A DNA stretch of 64,000 bases from Spirochaetia bacterium (GCA_034520965.1 JAXHMY010000002.1:547714-611713); one strand, 5' to 3'; shown: positions 19,983 to 29,224, counted from the first letter of the stretch. Numbers and translations: made by a program. Notes: generated by a model not told the origin, from the letters alone.

Positions 19983-21258
19983 TAATGGTTCAAACCATGG
20001 GGGATGCGAATTTCCACACGCTGGCTGCGAGTAAGGGAGGTTACATCCACACATATTTGGGCCAGTACATCCCGTCGAACTTATCCAGGGTTCCGGTCAT
20101 CCGTGCCAATACCATCAGCTGCGACCAGTTGAGCTTTACATGCGTGTAGAACTTGCGCATGGTAAAGATGCCCCGCAGCCCTTCTTGCGATTTTACCCCG
20201 TGGCACACCGGCCACCTCGGCATGGGAGAAGTTCTGAAGAAATGGATCTCCGATGCGAAAAGGCTTAAAATAATTCTGATACAGCTGGTAGACCGCCATG
20301 CGCTCAAGGCAGTTATTCACATTCTGGGAAAAGCGCACCGTCTCGCGCACGTGGTTGGCATTATCCTTCCTAAATTGCCTGTCCAGATAGTTGACAGAAA
20401 AAAGTGGATTGTCGATGGTGCGCGCCAAAAGGGAGGAGATTCTCACATGCTCAAACCTCCCCTCGCTTTTTAGGCTCTGGAGCACATCCGTAACCCATGA
20501 CCAATCTTTGATACTCTAACTTCTCATCGCTGTAGAGGCAGGTAATTCGCTGTTTCTGCGCATATTGCTCGACCAAATCAACAATCTGCAGGAAGGACTG
20601 ACTATGGAGATCTCTTGCGGATGTAGTGCCTCTCCCGCTGGTCACGTTCGGCCTTCTGCAGCTCTGGTCATCTTTCCCTTGCGCCGCAAATGGGCATAGT
20701 CAAAGGTGATAAAGAACCGTGAACTCTTGCCGGCCAGGATGTGAATGTTATTCGGCTGGAACTGATCGCTGACAAAGCTCGAAGCCGTCGGTGACCAGGT
20801 CCTCGCAGGGAACATAGTCCTGGAGGATATCCGCCTGCAGGGCAATGGCCTGGCGGGCGAGGCGGCCCAAGCGGTTGATGATCGCTTGGTGGCTGACCTC
20901 CATTATACGGGCGGTTTTAATGCACTCCCCCGCAGTTGGTCATATGATCGAAAATCACCTGATAGTCGAGCTTTCTCTTTACATAGTAGTCCAGGCGGAA
21001 GGTTTGCTCGCTAAAGCCTTCTTCGCATCCGAGGCATTTGAATCGGGTGGACCGAAGCCATGGGCCAGGGTCTGTAGCTGCCATTGGTGTAGTACCAGCG
21101 CCCGTGGTCAGGTGGTTGGGTGTGATATTCACATTCGGAATGGGGACAAAATGGGGGGATAAGCATTGGTGGACCTCCTCTAAAATAAAGTGTGGGTACA
21201 CTCTAATAGAGGGGCTAAGTCGCATCCCTGCTTCAATTCCCCATGGTTTGAACCATTA
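19983..21258 (-). mobile_element. Insertion sequence (~1.28 kb) with 20-bp perfect terminal inverted repeats; divergent IS1-like transposase
   Basis: TAATGGTTCAAACCATGGGG at 19983-20002 and its reverse complement at 21239-21258 enclose a fragmented transposase. Confidence 0.8.
20041..21166 (-). pseudogene. Transposase, heavily frameshifted (decay or assembly error)
   Basis: RBS GAGGAGG and ATG at 21166. Fragments show a Zn-ribbon (PFCP...RFKCLGC..GFS), acidic motifs (DGFE~SF, YSDEK), and NYLDRQFRKD..HVRETVRFS, resembling the IS1 C-terminal R..T..FS motif. Confidence 0.7.
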
Positions 21259-21261
21259 TTA

Positions 21262-22521
21262 TTACAGTTCGACCTTCGGTGGTTTCGCACCGCCCTCCCA
21301 CAACTGGTCATCCTTCTCTGTAAAGGGACGACCATAGACATGGTCAAATAGAAACCGGAAGTCCTCCGGCTGGATCTCCATAAACTGCAAGCCAAAATAG
21401 GTCATCCCGTCAATCTCATACCGCCGCATCACCCGCCCGCTTACATGAATTGCCCGTTTCTCAATGTGCAGCAGCAGATCAAGATCGGTCAAAAGTCCTA
21501 TCGCCCGGGTCAGTTCTCCTGAAGGATAAGAAAAAAGGATTCCCGAGGCACTGATATTGATAATCTCCGCATTAAAATGCTTTTTTTCCTGTTTTTCACT
21601 TTGGAAATAGCCGTTCTCTTTCAGTGCATAGGCAAGCACATAGGAAAACTCTAGGGCAAAATCAAGTGTATCCAAGGTAAACGGGCGTTTGCGCTTGTGG
21701 GTGTTGCTCAGATATACATAACCGATTACATACTGCAGGTACATAATAGGACTATAGATCTCGCAAAAGGTTCCGCTGCTGCTCTTTTCTTTGAAATACT
21801 CCTGTACCTGCTGTCGATTCATACCCATAAAGCTCCCTTCCTGCTGAGTGGGATCTGGAAACATACTCTGGGTGATAATGGGATGCTGCACAATCTGGCC
21901 CTTCCTGGGCAATCCGCGATCAAGCTGGGGTATAAACAAGCTCTTGCCTGTATCGGCAATTAACTGTTCCTCAAAACCGTTTGGCTGACGGTTTCGAAAC
22001 ATCACTATGTTATTATGTTCCGACATTCCCTGGGCTTTCTCCCGGAACTGCGCGATAAGTGATTGGATTTCATCAGTGTCGAAATACTCGGATATCAACG
22101 GTTCATCAACTTCGCGATACTCGCGGGAGCGCGGAAAACTAAGCTCGACGGTCACGTCCTTATACTCAAAGCTCATAGAAAGCCCTTCCGGACTTGGAAT
22201 ACGTTCAAATTTTCTTTCAAGATTTTTCACCAAGCCCGGGGGAACAGCCACCTGGAGAGTCCTTCCCGGTTGAAGCACTTTGGTCTCAAACATCATGGTA
22301 TGGCCGAAGTAGGAAAAATACACCCGTACCTGCTCTTTCCGCTTAAACAACTTCCCTTCATCAGTCTCACAGCGGATAGACAGTGCATCACCTTCACTTT
22401 CTACCGCAGTACCCTTCACCTGATGTTCCTGACCATGGACATCCATCGGCATGTTCTGATCGCAGAGTACCCCAATTACATATTGCTGCTCAATTCTTCC
22501 TACTTTTTCACCCATACTCAT
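21262..22521 (-). CDS. YcgR-like PilZ protein with an inserted GAF-like domain (DUF1577-like architecture)
   Basis: N-terminal PilZN-like region, RKFER at aa 103-107, GAF-like segment (YSPIMYLQYVIGYVYLSN...FTLDTLDF), NISASG at aa 322-327, C-terminal GRVMR...FGLQF. Confidence 0.8.
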   Translation of the reverse strand: MSMGEKVGRIEQQYVIGVLCDQNMPMDVHGQEHQVKGTAVESEGDALSIRCETDEGKLFKRKEQVRVYFSYFGHTMMFETKVLQPGRTLQVAVPPGLVKNLERKFERIPSPEGLSMSFEYKDVTVELSFPRSREYREVDEPLISEYFDTDEIQSLIAQFREKAQGMSEHNNIVMFRNRQPNGFEEQLIADTGKSLFIPQLDRGLPRKGQIVQHPIITQSMFPDPTQQEGSFMGMNRQQVQEYFKEKSSSGTFCEIYSPIMYLQYVIGYVYLSNTHKRKRPFTLDTLDFALEFSYVLAYALKENGYFQSEKQEKKHFNAEIINISASGILFSYPSGELTRAIGLLTDLDLLLHIEKRAIHVSGRVMRRYEIDGMTYFGLQFMEIQPEDFRFLFDHVYGRPFTEKDDQLWEGGAKPPKVEL

Positions 22522-22599
22522 CGCCCCCTTTTTTTAATAGTTTCGCGTGCCGCTTCGCAACAACCGAAACGACGAAAATAGCCGGATACGGCCATTTTC

Positions 22600-23403
22600 T
22601 TAATAGTGAAAATAGCCGTAATTCTCCGGAAAATCGTTATATTCGGGTGGTACGTACTCTTCTTGCAAGCGACCTGCATCAAATTCAATCGCCTGCATGG
22701 TCCATTTGTCCACGGCAAACACTGCAACCGCGTTTCCGGCCCCCCGTCCAAGCTGAGCAATTACCCGAAAATCAAAGCGGGCTGTGGCATCCTCCACATG
22801 AATCGTCCCAATGCGAAATTCCTCTATTTGGACATCTTCAGTCTCCCATGCCTTCACCTGTACAGGCAAGCTATCCTGAGCAGTGGATGAACTCAACTGT
22901 TTCAGTATATCAACCTCGCCCTCAAAGGCAGCTCTTAGAAAGCGCTCAGCCAGAGCAGCCACTTTCTCATTATCGGTTTTAGCCTCGGAACCACCATCAT
23001 AGCTCTCGTAAGATGCTAATTTCCCAATAATCAGATCGAAGGGGTAACGAGATTTCGAACCGAACCGCTCAAGAAAAGCTGCATTACGCTGCAAGACAGC
23101 CGAGGGCTCGGCCACCCTTACCTCCGCATCGGATTCTGCAGGACCGCTTTCCCCTGCCCTTTCCTCTTCTGTTTCCTCTTCTCCGAAAATCAGCGTACGC
23201 TCGGGTTTATCGACCTTTTTAGTGCTGTCCCCCTGCACGCTTTCGGTGTTCACGCTGTTCTGTTGCTCTTTAGGGCGGGCAGTGCCGGTTTCCGGGAGGG
23301 ACTCTTCACTTTTGCTGCAAGACAAAAAGGTCCAGGCAAAAACCACGGCCAGCAGCAGAAGCAGGAACATATCAAAAGACTTTATAATAAACTGTTTCAT
23401 ACT
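22600..23403 (-). CDS. Hypothetical exported protein, probable lipoprotein
   Basis: Hydrophobic signal ending FLSC, an acidic low-complexity linker, and an NTF2-like C-terminal pattern. Confidence 0.6.
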   Translation of the reverse strand, partial: SMKQFIIKSFDMFLLLLLAVVFAWTFLSCSKSEESLPETGTARPKEQQNSVNTESVQGDSTKKVDKPERTLIFGEEETEEERAGESGPAESDAEVRVAEPSAVLQRNAAFLERFGSKSRYPFDLIIGKLASYESYDGGSEAKTDNEKVAALAERFLRAAFEGEVDILKQLSSSTAQDSLPVQVKAWETEDVQIEEFRIGTIHVEDATARFDFRVIAQLGRGAGNAVAVFAVDKWTMQAIEFDAGRLQEEYVPPEYNDFPENYGYFHY

Positions 23404-23580
23404 ATGAATTACGCCCATCCCTTTATTACTTGGTATACGATGGATCGATTTTTGTCAAACGCTCACACAAAGCAGCAGCTCTCGGAACTTCTTTCGACAG
23501 TTCCCAACGGCTCCTCCCGACGGCTATAGACAATCAAATTAAGAGTCGATAAACTGTTCAAACTTTTCTATGGGGATTAT

Positions 23581-24855
23581 ATGAGTCCGACTATACGCAA
23601 TGCAATTTTCCGCCATTTGATCCACGACTATACAGAACCAATTCGTGATCCTCTGTGGCAGCACATCTATCTTTCCCCCGGGATCAAACGGCTGGTTGCC
23701 CTTGATTCATTTCAGAAGCTCGGCCGGATTAAGCAACTGGGCCCGGCCTTTCACGTATATCCGGGGGCCGTACATACGCGACTCAACCACAGTCTGGGCG
23801 TGTTTCACTTGTCACGACTGCTGCTGCTGGCCCTGCTGGAGCGAAGTGAAGAGCTGCCTCTTACCTTGGAAGGGGTTAAGGCTTTTTTAGCCGCTGCTTT
23901 GCTGCACGACCTTGGCCACTTTCCCTTTGCCCATTCGCTGAAAGAGCTCCCCTTAAAAGAACATGAACAGCTGACCGCGGAAGGGCTGCTCTCTGAACCG
24001 CTCGCCACCGCCCTTCGAGATTGGGTTGGCTGCAGTCCGGAGATGGTGGCTGCCATTGTTGATGAACATATGGACCTGCCCGAGGAGACTGAGATACCCT
24101 TCTACCGCCGCCTGCTCTCCGGGGTACTGGATCCGGATAAGCTGGATTATCTGAACCGGGACGCCTTCTTCTGCGGAGTGCCCTACGGCATGCAGGATAC
24201 GCAGTTTGTCCTGCACAAAATGCTGCCGCACCCGACGCTGGGAATTGCGGTGGAGGCGGACGGTGTGACCGCCGTAGAAAATGTGCTGTTCTCCAAATAC
24301 CTCATGTACCGTACCGTATACTGGCACAGGGCAGTGCGAATCGCAACCGCGATGATTAAGCAGGCAGTCTATTCCGGAATGGTTGATAAGAAATTTAAGG
24401 TCGAAGATCTCTACTGGCTGGATGACGAGGAGTTTTTCCGCAAATTTCCGGCCGATTCCTATGCCCCGTTTCAGCTGATAGAGCAGGTAGTCAACCGGCG
24501 GTTATATAAAACCGCCTTCGAGGCTCCATTTGACCCTCAAAACTTCACCCATACACGCCTTACTCAGCTTGAGGCCCGCAAGGTCGTTCAGGAGGAGATT
24601 GCCGGACGCCTGAGCTCGCAGCTAAAGAGAACTGTGCAGCCCTATGAGGTCCTAATCGATATACCCGAGCCGATTTCCTTTGAGGTTGATCTTCCCATCT
24701 ACCAACAAGGAAGCTATGTACCCTTCACAGAATCCGGATCGGTGTTCAGCGGCCCGGTGGTCAAGGGCTTTACCGATTCCCTGCGGAAGCTGCGAATCTA
24801 CCTTCCCTCCGAACTCACCCAGAAAGTACAGGAGCAGGATACAAAGCTGTTATGA
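23581..24855 (+). CDS. HD-domain phosphohydrolase (SAMHD1/dNTPase-like)
   Basis: IRDPLW, FQKL.RIKQLG, YPGAVHTRLNHSLGV, LLHDLGHFPFAH, DPDKLDYL.RD, MYRTVYWH. Confidence 0.92.
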   Translation: MSPTIRNAIFRHLIHDYTEPIRDPLWQHIYLSPGIKRLVALDSFQKLGRIKQLGPAFHVYPGAVHTRLNHSLGVFHLSRLLLLALLERSEELPLTLEGVKAFLAAALLHDLGHFPFAHSLKELPLKEHEQLTAEGLLSEPLATALRDWVGCSPEMVAAIVDEHMDLPEETEIPFYRRLLSGVLDPDKLDYLNRDAFFCGVPYGMQDTQFVLHKMLPHPTLGIAVEADGVTAVENVLFSKYLMYRTVYWHRAVRIATAMIKQAVYSGMVDKKFKVEDLYWLDDEEFFRKFPADSYAPFQLIEQVVNRRLYKTAFEAPFDPQNFTHTRLTQLEARKVVQEEIAGRLSSQLKRTVQPYEVLIDIPEPISFEVDLPIYQQGSYVPFTESGSVFSGPVVKGFTDSLRKLRIYLPSELTQKVQEQDTKLL

Positions 24856-25601
24856 TTGAAGTCAGCGATTTAATGGAGGGGGCAATCCCTCCATGGGTCC
24901 GCCGTTTTGTGAAGTATACCGGCCGGGGAATCAACCACCACTCTATGATCAGGGAAAACGACTCGGTATTGATATCGGTCTCCGGTGGAAAGGATTCACT
25001 GGCCCTCAGTTTAGCCTTGGCCCTGCGAAAGCGCTGGCTGCCGATTGACTACCAGCTGCGGGCGCTGCACATTGACTGGGCCGAGTACCCCATTCCTGAT
25101 GATAAAATGGAGGCACTGCAGAAGTTTTTCCGGGAACTCAAAATTCCCTTTGAGACTAGCCGTTCTCACATGTTTGCCTCTGGATTTAAAGGAAAGTTTA
25201 ACTGTTATCTCTGTTCGCGCAACCGCCGCAGGATTCTGTTTGAATATGCCCGCGACCACGATATATCGCTTATCGCGATGGGACATCATATGGACGATAT
25301 CGTTGAAACGACACTCATCAATTTGTGCTTCAGGGCTAAATTTGAATCGATGAAGCCGGTACAAGAATTTTTCGAGGGCAAACTGCATGTAATTCGCCCA
25401 ATGTGTGAGGTAAGGGAATCGAAAATCGAAAAAATTGCCCGGGAGGTTCGCATGCCGGTTGCCAAAGCCCCCTGCCCCTATGATAAAACAAATATCCGTT
25501 CACAATTAAAACCAATTGTGTCAAAACTTTCTTCACTAGACCGTTATACCCGCGAACATATTTATGATGCTCTGAATTATACAAAAGATGAGCCGAAATG
25601 A
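24852..25601 (+). CDS. ttcA: TtcA-family tRNA 2-thiocytidine biosynthesis protein
   Basis: PP-loop SGGKDS, CYLC, GHHMDDIVET, VIRPM, CP. Confidence 0.8.
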   Translation: MIEVSDLMEGAIPPWVRRFVKYTGRGINHHSMIRENDSVLISVSGGKDSLALSLALALRKRWLPIDYQLRALHIDWAEYPIPDDKMEALQKFFRELKIPFETSRSHMFASGFKGKFNCYLCSRNRRRILFEYARDHDISLIAMGHHMDDIVETTLINLCFRAKFESMKPVQEFFEGKLHVIRPMCEVRESKIEKIAREVRMPVAKAPCPYDKTNIRSQLKPIVSKLSSLDRYTREHIYDALNYTKDEPK

Positions 25602-25652
25602 CTTGCATCAAGCTGAATACTCACGTATTGTGAAATATAAGGACAGGACGAA

Positions 25653-26081
25653 ATGAAATACTCAAAAATAATGAAAGAGAGAATCAGGCGAGTACAAGTT
25701 TTGTTTAAGGAACTTGGCTATGACCTTTTCGACGAAGAGCGTCTAGAAGAGAGTTACAGTACCGCCTTCGTGCACTCCAATGGCCTGCAGGGTATGTTTT
25801 TTATAGAAAAAGAGAACCGCTTTTTAGAAGTGGTATATAATTTAACCTTCAGTTCACAGTTGGCAGAGTTTGTACAACACAAAATGCCGGAAGTGTTTGA
25901 AACCTGCTTTGAATACGGCTGTTATATGAGTACCTTTGCCGATGAGTACGCAATAAATATTTCTCTTTTCAGCAAAGTATACTTTTCCGGATTAAACTAC
26001 TACAGTTTAAAGGACACAATGGCGGATTTTTACCGCTGCAGTACCGCGGTAAAAGAGTTAGTCAGTTTAACACACGGATAA
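25653..26081 (+). CDS. Hypothetical protein (YbjN/chaperone-like pattern)
   Basis: 142 aa ORF with RBS, co-oriented in the operon; the fold suggestion is only a pattern impression. Confidence 0.6.
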   Translation: MKYSKIMKERIRRVQVLFKELGYDLFDEERLEESYSTAFVHSNGLQGMFFIEKENRFLEVVYNLTFSSQLAEFVQHKMPEVFETCFEYGCYMSTFADEYAINISLFSKVYFSGLNYYSLKDTMADFYRCSTAVKELVSLTHG

Positions 26082-26092
26082 AGGGGCGGGCG

Positions 26093-26806
26093 ATGGATAT
26101 TCACAACAGCATGGAAGAGTTTGTTTTTGAAACTGTAAATGATATATTCGAAGAAAAGGCTAAAAGTGGTTTCCCCCTGGCCCACTGTTATCAATGCCGA
26201 CTCGATGTTGCCTGTTATGTGCTCAATCGTATCAAACCCGAATATATCATCTCCGGCCGCGGTTTAGCGCACTACGAAAGTGACTATCAGGACCATCTGC
26301 AGACCAGTGCAGACATTGTTGCTCTGGTAAATGAGGGGCTGCGAAAAATAGACTCAAGACGGCGGCCCTACTACACAGACAGTCCGCAAGAGAAACCGGA
26401 GATTCCCGCAGGACCGGTGTATAACTTTCCGGCAATTATCGGCCGTATTCTGCACGGAACTACCTTTGAACCATTGATGAATATCAATGTGGCGCTGCTG
26501 CGGGATAGCGGGGCGGTACCGATGATCGACTATACCTGGCAGAACCCCTATTTTATCGTCGAAAGTACCCGCGGCCACTTTACCTTTCTGCCCCATCCGG
26601 AAAAGGCGGAGAAGGCTGGAGAACAAAAGAGTTTTTCCTTTGAGGTGTATATTGATGTGGAAGGATTAAGTCCGCTGCAGCATTTTTTTGAAATGAAAAT
26701 AACCGCTCAGGATGAGGTGCTGCATAACTTTTCGGCTCAGAATACCTACAAAATAGGAGAGCTGTACCTTTTTCCTGAGGATGTTCCCATGGAACAAAAC
26801 GAGTAA
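26093..26806 (+). CDS. ComFB-domain protein with C-terminal beta-rich extension
   Basis: HNSMEEFV, CYQCRLDVACYVLNRIKPEY: the ComFB signature N..E..V...C..C..D....ALN...P.Y. Confidence 0.85.
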   Translation: MDIHNSMEEFVFETVNDIFEEKAKSGFPLAHCYQCRLDVACYVLNRIKPEYIISGRGLAHYESDYQDHLQTSADIVALVNEGLRKIDSRRRPYYTDSPQEKPEIPAGPVYNFPAIIGRILHGTTFEPLMNINVALLRDSGAVPMIDYTWQNPYFIVESTRGHFTFLPHPEKAEKAGEQKSFSFEVYIDVEGLSPLQHFFEMKITAQDEVLHNFSAQNTYKIGELYLFPEDVPMEQNE

Positions 26807-26822
26807 GTAGCCTCGCGGAGGC

Positions 26823-27113
26823 TTATGAGTAGAACTCCGTATGAGTAACGATATCCTGCACCCGCCCCGGTACTTCCTGCTCAACAAACAGAATCACCTT
26901 CTGAATTACCTCGTCACCGTATTTTTTAGAGTTACTGACAAGCCCCGCCCCTATCTGGGAAAAAGTGGTGGACTCATGCAAATCGACCTCTGCGGCGGAG
27001 ATTTTGAATTTGCTGTGGAGCCGCTGTTTAAGAGACTGAACTACTCTGCGTTTCTCCTTCAGATTGGTGGCATCGGGAAGGTATATAATAAACTGTATTA
27101 AGCTTACAACCAT
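26823..27113 (-). CDS. DUF503 (YlxP-like) protein
   Basis: LKEKRRVVQSLK..L..KF.IS.AEVD.H motif. Confidence 0.88.
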   Translation of the reverse strand: MVVSLIQFIIYLPDATNLKEKRRVVQSLKQRLHSKFKISAAEVDLHESTTFSQIGAGLVSNSKKYGDEVIQKVILFVEQEVPGRVQDIVTHTEFYS

Positions 27114-27115
27114 AC

Positions 27116-28234
27116 TTACTCTTCATCATTAAGGATATCTCCGATTGTATCGAGGCTCAGATCACTATGCAAGCGGTCTTCCTGGTGCTTCATTCGTTCT
27201 TTGAGGGGAAGATATTCCCGGTTGTACAACGCCGCGAGGCAATACACTTCATCATCCCTGTAACGGCTTGGTATTTCAACCTCCAGTTTGTAGCCGTTCT
27301 CGGCAAATCCGCGCCGCATAATATGCACCGGATCGCTGATGGTCAGGGCAAAGTGCGGACTGTAATACAGCAGTAACACCAGCACCAGCAGTACAATTAA
27401 GACAAAAAAGGCCAGACTTTGCTCGGCACGGTCAACTAACGTCGGTTTGAGTGAAAGAAAAAAGTCATAAGTGCCGATGTGCCGATACTGATAATCGAAA
27501 GGCCCAAACATTGAACGGTAATAGCTGTTCTCATATCTGGAATACAGTGTCTCCTGCCCCTCTTTTATGATCAGCAGTGTGGGGAGTGCCTCTGCAAGCT
27601 GTCTACTGCCGGTACCCTGAAAGCGCTGCAGCACGCGGGTCTCGGTGGTTTCCAGTACTTCGGCTCTGCCCGGGGCAGCCGGAAGAGTAGGTTGAATCAG
27701 GCTGACCAGAAAGAGAGCGGCCACAGTTACCATTACGACTAAACTGGTGATTAGCGCTACATGTCGCTGTGCCATGACGGAACCGGTGTACTTTAACTTT
27801 TTGAACACCTTCAGAACCCTGAGCAGGCGCAGGATACGCGCCACTCGGATAGCCTTTGCAACTTTAAGCACATTAAACACCCCGCCCAGGCCGCTGAAGG
27901 TTCCGCCTCCCAGAAAAACTACCGCCATGAGGGGACCGCTGTGAAACAACAACAGCGGCACAGAGGCGAACAAGTCTATCCAGCCCTTTCGGTGCAGTAG
28001 ATACTCGCCAGCTTCCCTGCGAAGGGCGGCGGAAAAGAACCGAATTAAAAACTCGAAGGTAAAAAACAGGTCGAAGCCGAAACCGCTGATCAAGAGGACT
28101 TTCCGGACATCCCAACTCCAGCCACCGATAAGAGCGGCATCCTCCAAAAAAGTCTGTATTAGTACCAGAAAGATTGCCAGGACTACTAGACCTTCGAAAA
28201 AACTGCGCATTTTCCCCTGTTCCACTGTTACCAT
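27116..28234 (-). CDS. Voltage-sensor-like (Ion_trans S1-S4) membrane protein with HAMP-like C-terminus and no pore signature
   Basis: S2 FDLFFTFEFLIR, S3 GWIDLFASVP, S4 KVAKAIRVARILRLLRVLK; two further TMs; ISDPV...DDEV..LA..YN. Confidence 0.8.
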   Translation of the reverse strand: MVTVEQGKMRSFFEGLVVLAIFLVLIQTFLEDAALIGGWSWDVRKVLLISGFGFDLFFTFEFLIRFFSAALRREAGEYLLHRKGWIDLFASVPLLLFHSGPLMAVVFLGGGTFSGLGGVFNVLKVAKAIRVARILRLLRVLKVFKKLKYTGSVMAQRHVALITSLVVMVTVAALFLVSLIQPTLPAAPGRAEVLETTETRVLQRFQGTGSRQLAEALPTLLIIKEGQETLYSRYENSYYRSMFGPFDYQYRHIGTYDFFLSLKPTLVDRAEQSLAFFVLIVLLVLVLLLYYSPHFALTISDPVHIMRRGFAENGYKLEVEIPSRYRDDEVYCLAALYNREYLPLKERMKHQEDRLHSDLSLDTIGDILNDEE

Positions 28235-29163
28235 CCCTGCTCGGCTGCAATTTTAAACAATTCATCGATCATTTTAATATCGTACCCAAAATAGCGATAA
28301 TTTTTCCGGGCTACACTAAACCAGCTTTTCTCAGGGCTGACCGCCCCGCGATCAATCTGCATATTCGGCTTGTACTCGTTGGCCAAACTGCTCAACAGGA
28401 GGGTCAGCCTTCCAGTGGCGGAGACCCGGGAATTATCAAGAAAGGAGATATTACTCTCCACACCACTGCGAATAGCAGCTTCGGGAAAGTGTGGAAGCCT
28501 TTCAGCAAGTCCCTGAGTTACTTTATCGGCAACGCTGGGCTGAAAACTGCCACGCTGCCGCCGTACGGAGGAACTTGTCTCACGACCATCTCCGCTTACT
28601 AAATAGACCGCCGGACGCAGCAATAGTGAAACCTTCAGCATGTGCTTCAGCTCTTCTTTACTCATTCTCAGACGCTGTACCTTTTCCAATTCAAAGCGAA
28701 TGTAGTTGCGGGTTTGATAGATCTGCTCGATGTATTTTTCTGACAAACGATAGGACAGAGCGTTAAAGCTTCCGGTCAGGGCTCGTCTGCCTTCACCAGT
28801 GTGAGCCACCTGTACAGTTAGTTTCAGTAGCTCGGTTTTCATCTCTTCCTGGGAAACCCTGGGCAACCCCAAAAAAGCGGTAAAGGACATATCAAGCTGC
28901 TCAACAATAAAACGATTCATATATCCCTTTAGGGTAAAATCGGTAATTTTGAAAAGTTCGCTAATTAGCATAGACCGTATGTGTGCCCAACTTTTCCCGG
29001 GAAAAAAACGGCTTGAGGAGAGTGTGGGGTAAAGCGCACGAGCATTCAGCTCTAGAAAAGCCAGCAGCTGCTCCTCTTTCTGCAGAGGTGTTTGATTTCG
29101 TAGTGCGGGATTTTCCAGCAAATGCCGAACAAATCCCTCCGCTTTTTCTTTTTCGCTGCTCAT
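28228..29163 (-). CDS. Conserved hypothetical cytoplasmic protein
   Basis: 311 aa ORF overlapping the start of the voltage-sensor gene; no recognisable motif. Confidence 0.7.
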   Translation of the reverse strand: MSSEKEKAEGFVRHLLENPALRNQTPLQKEEQLLAFLELNARALYPTLSSSRFFPGKSWAHIRSMLISELFKITDFTLKGYMNRFIVEQLDMSFTAFLGLPRVSQEEMKTELLKLTVQVAHTGEGRRALTGSFNALSYRLSEKYIEQIYQTRNYIRFELEKVQRLRMSKEELKHMLKVSLLLRPAVYLVSGDGRETSSSVRRQRGSFQPSVADKVTQGLAERLPHFPEAAIRSGVESNISFLDNSRVSATGRLTLLLSSLANEYKPNMQIDRGAVSPEKSWFSVARKNYRYFGYDIKMIDELFKIAAEQGW

Positions 29164-29224
29164 TTACTCTTATTTCGTCAAAAAACTGATTTACATGATC
29201 CTTTGAGTGTAAAATAATTATACG

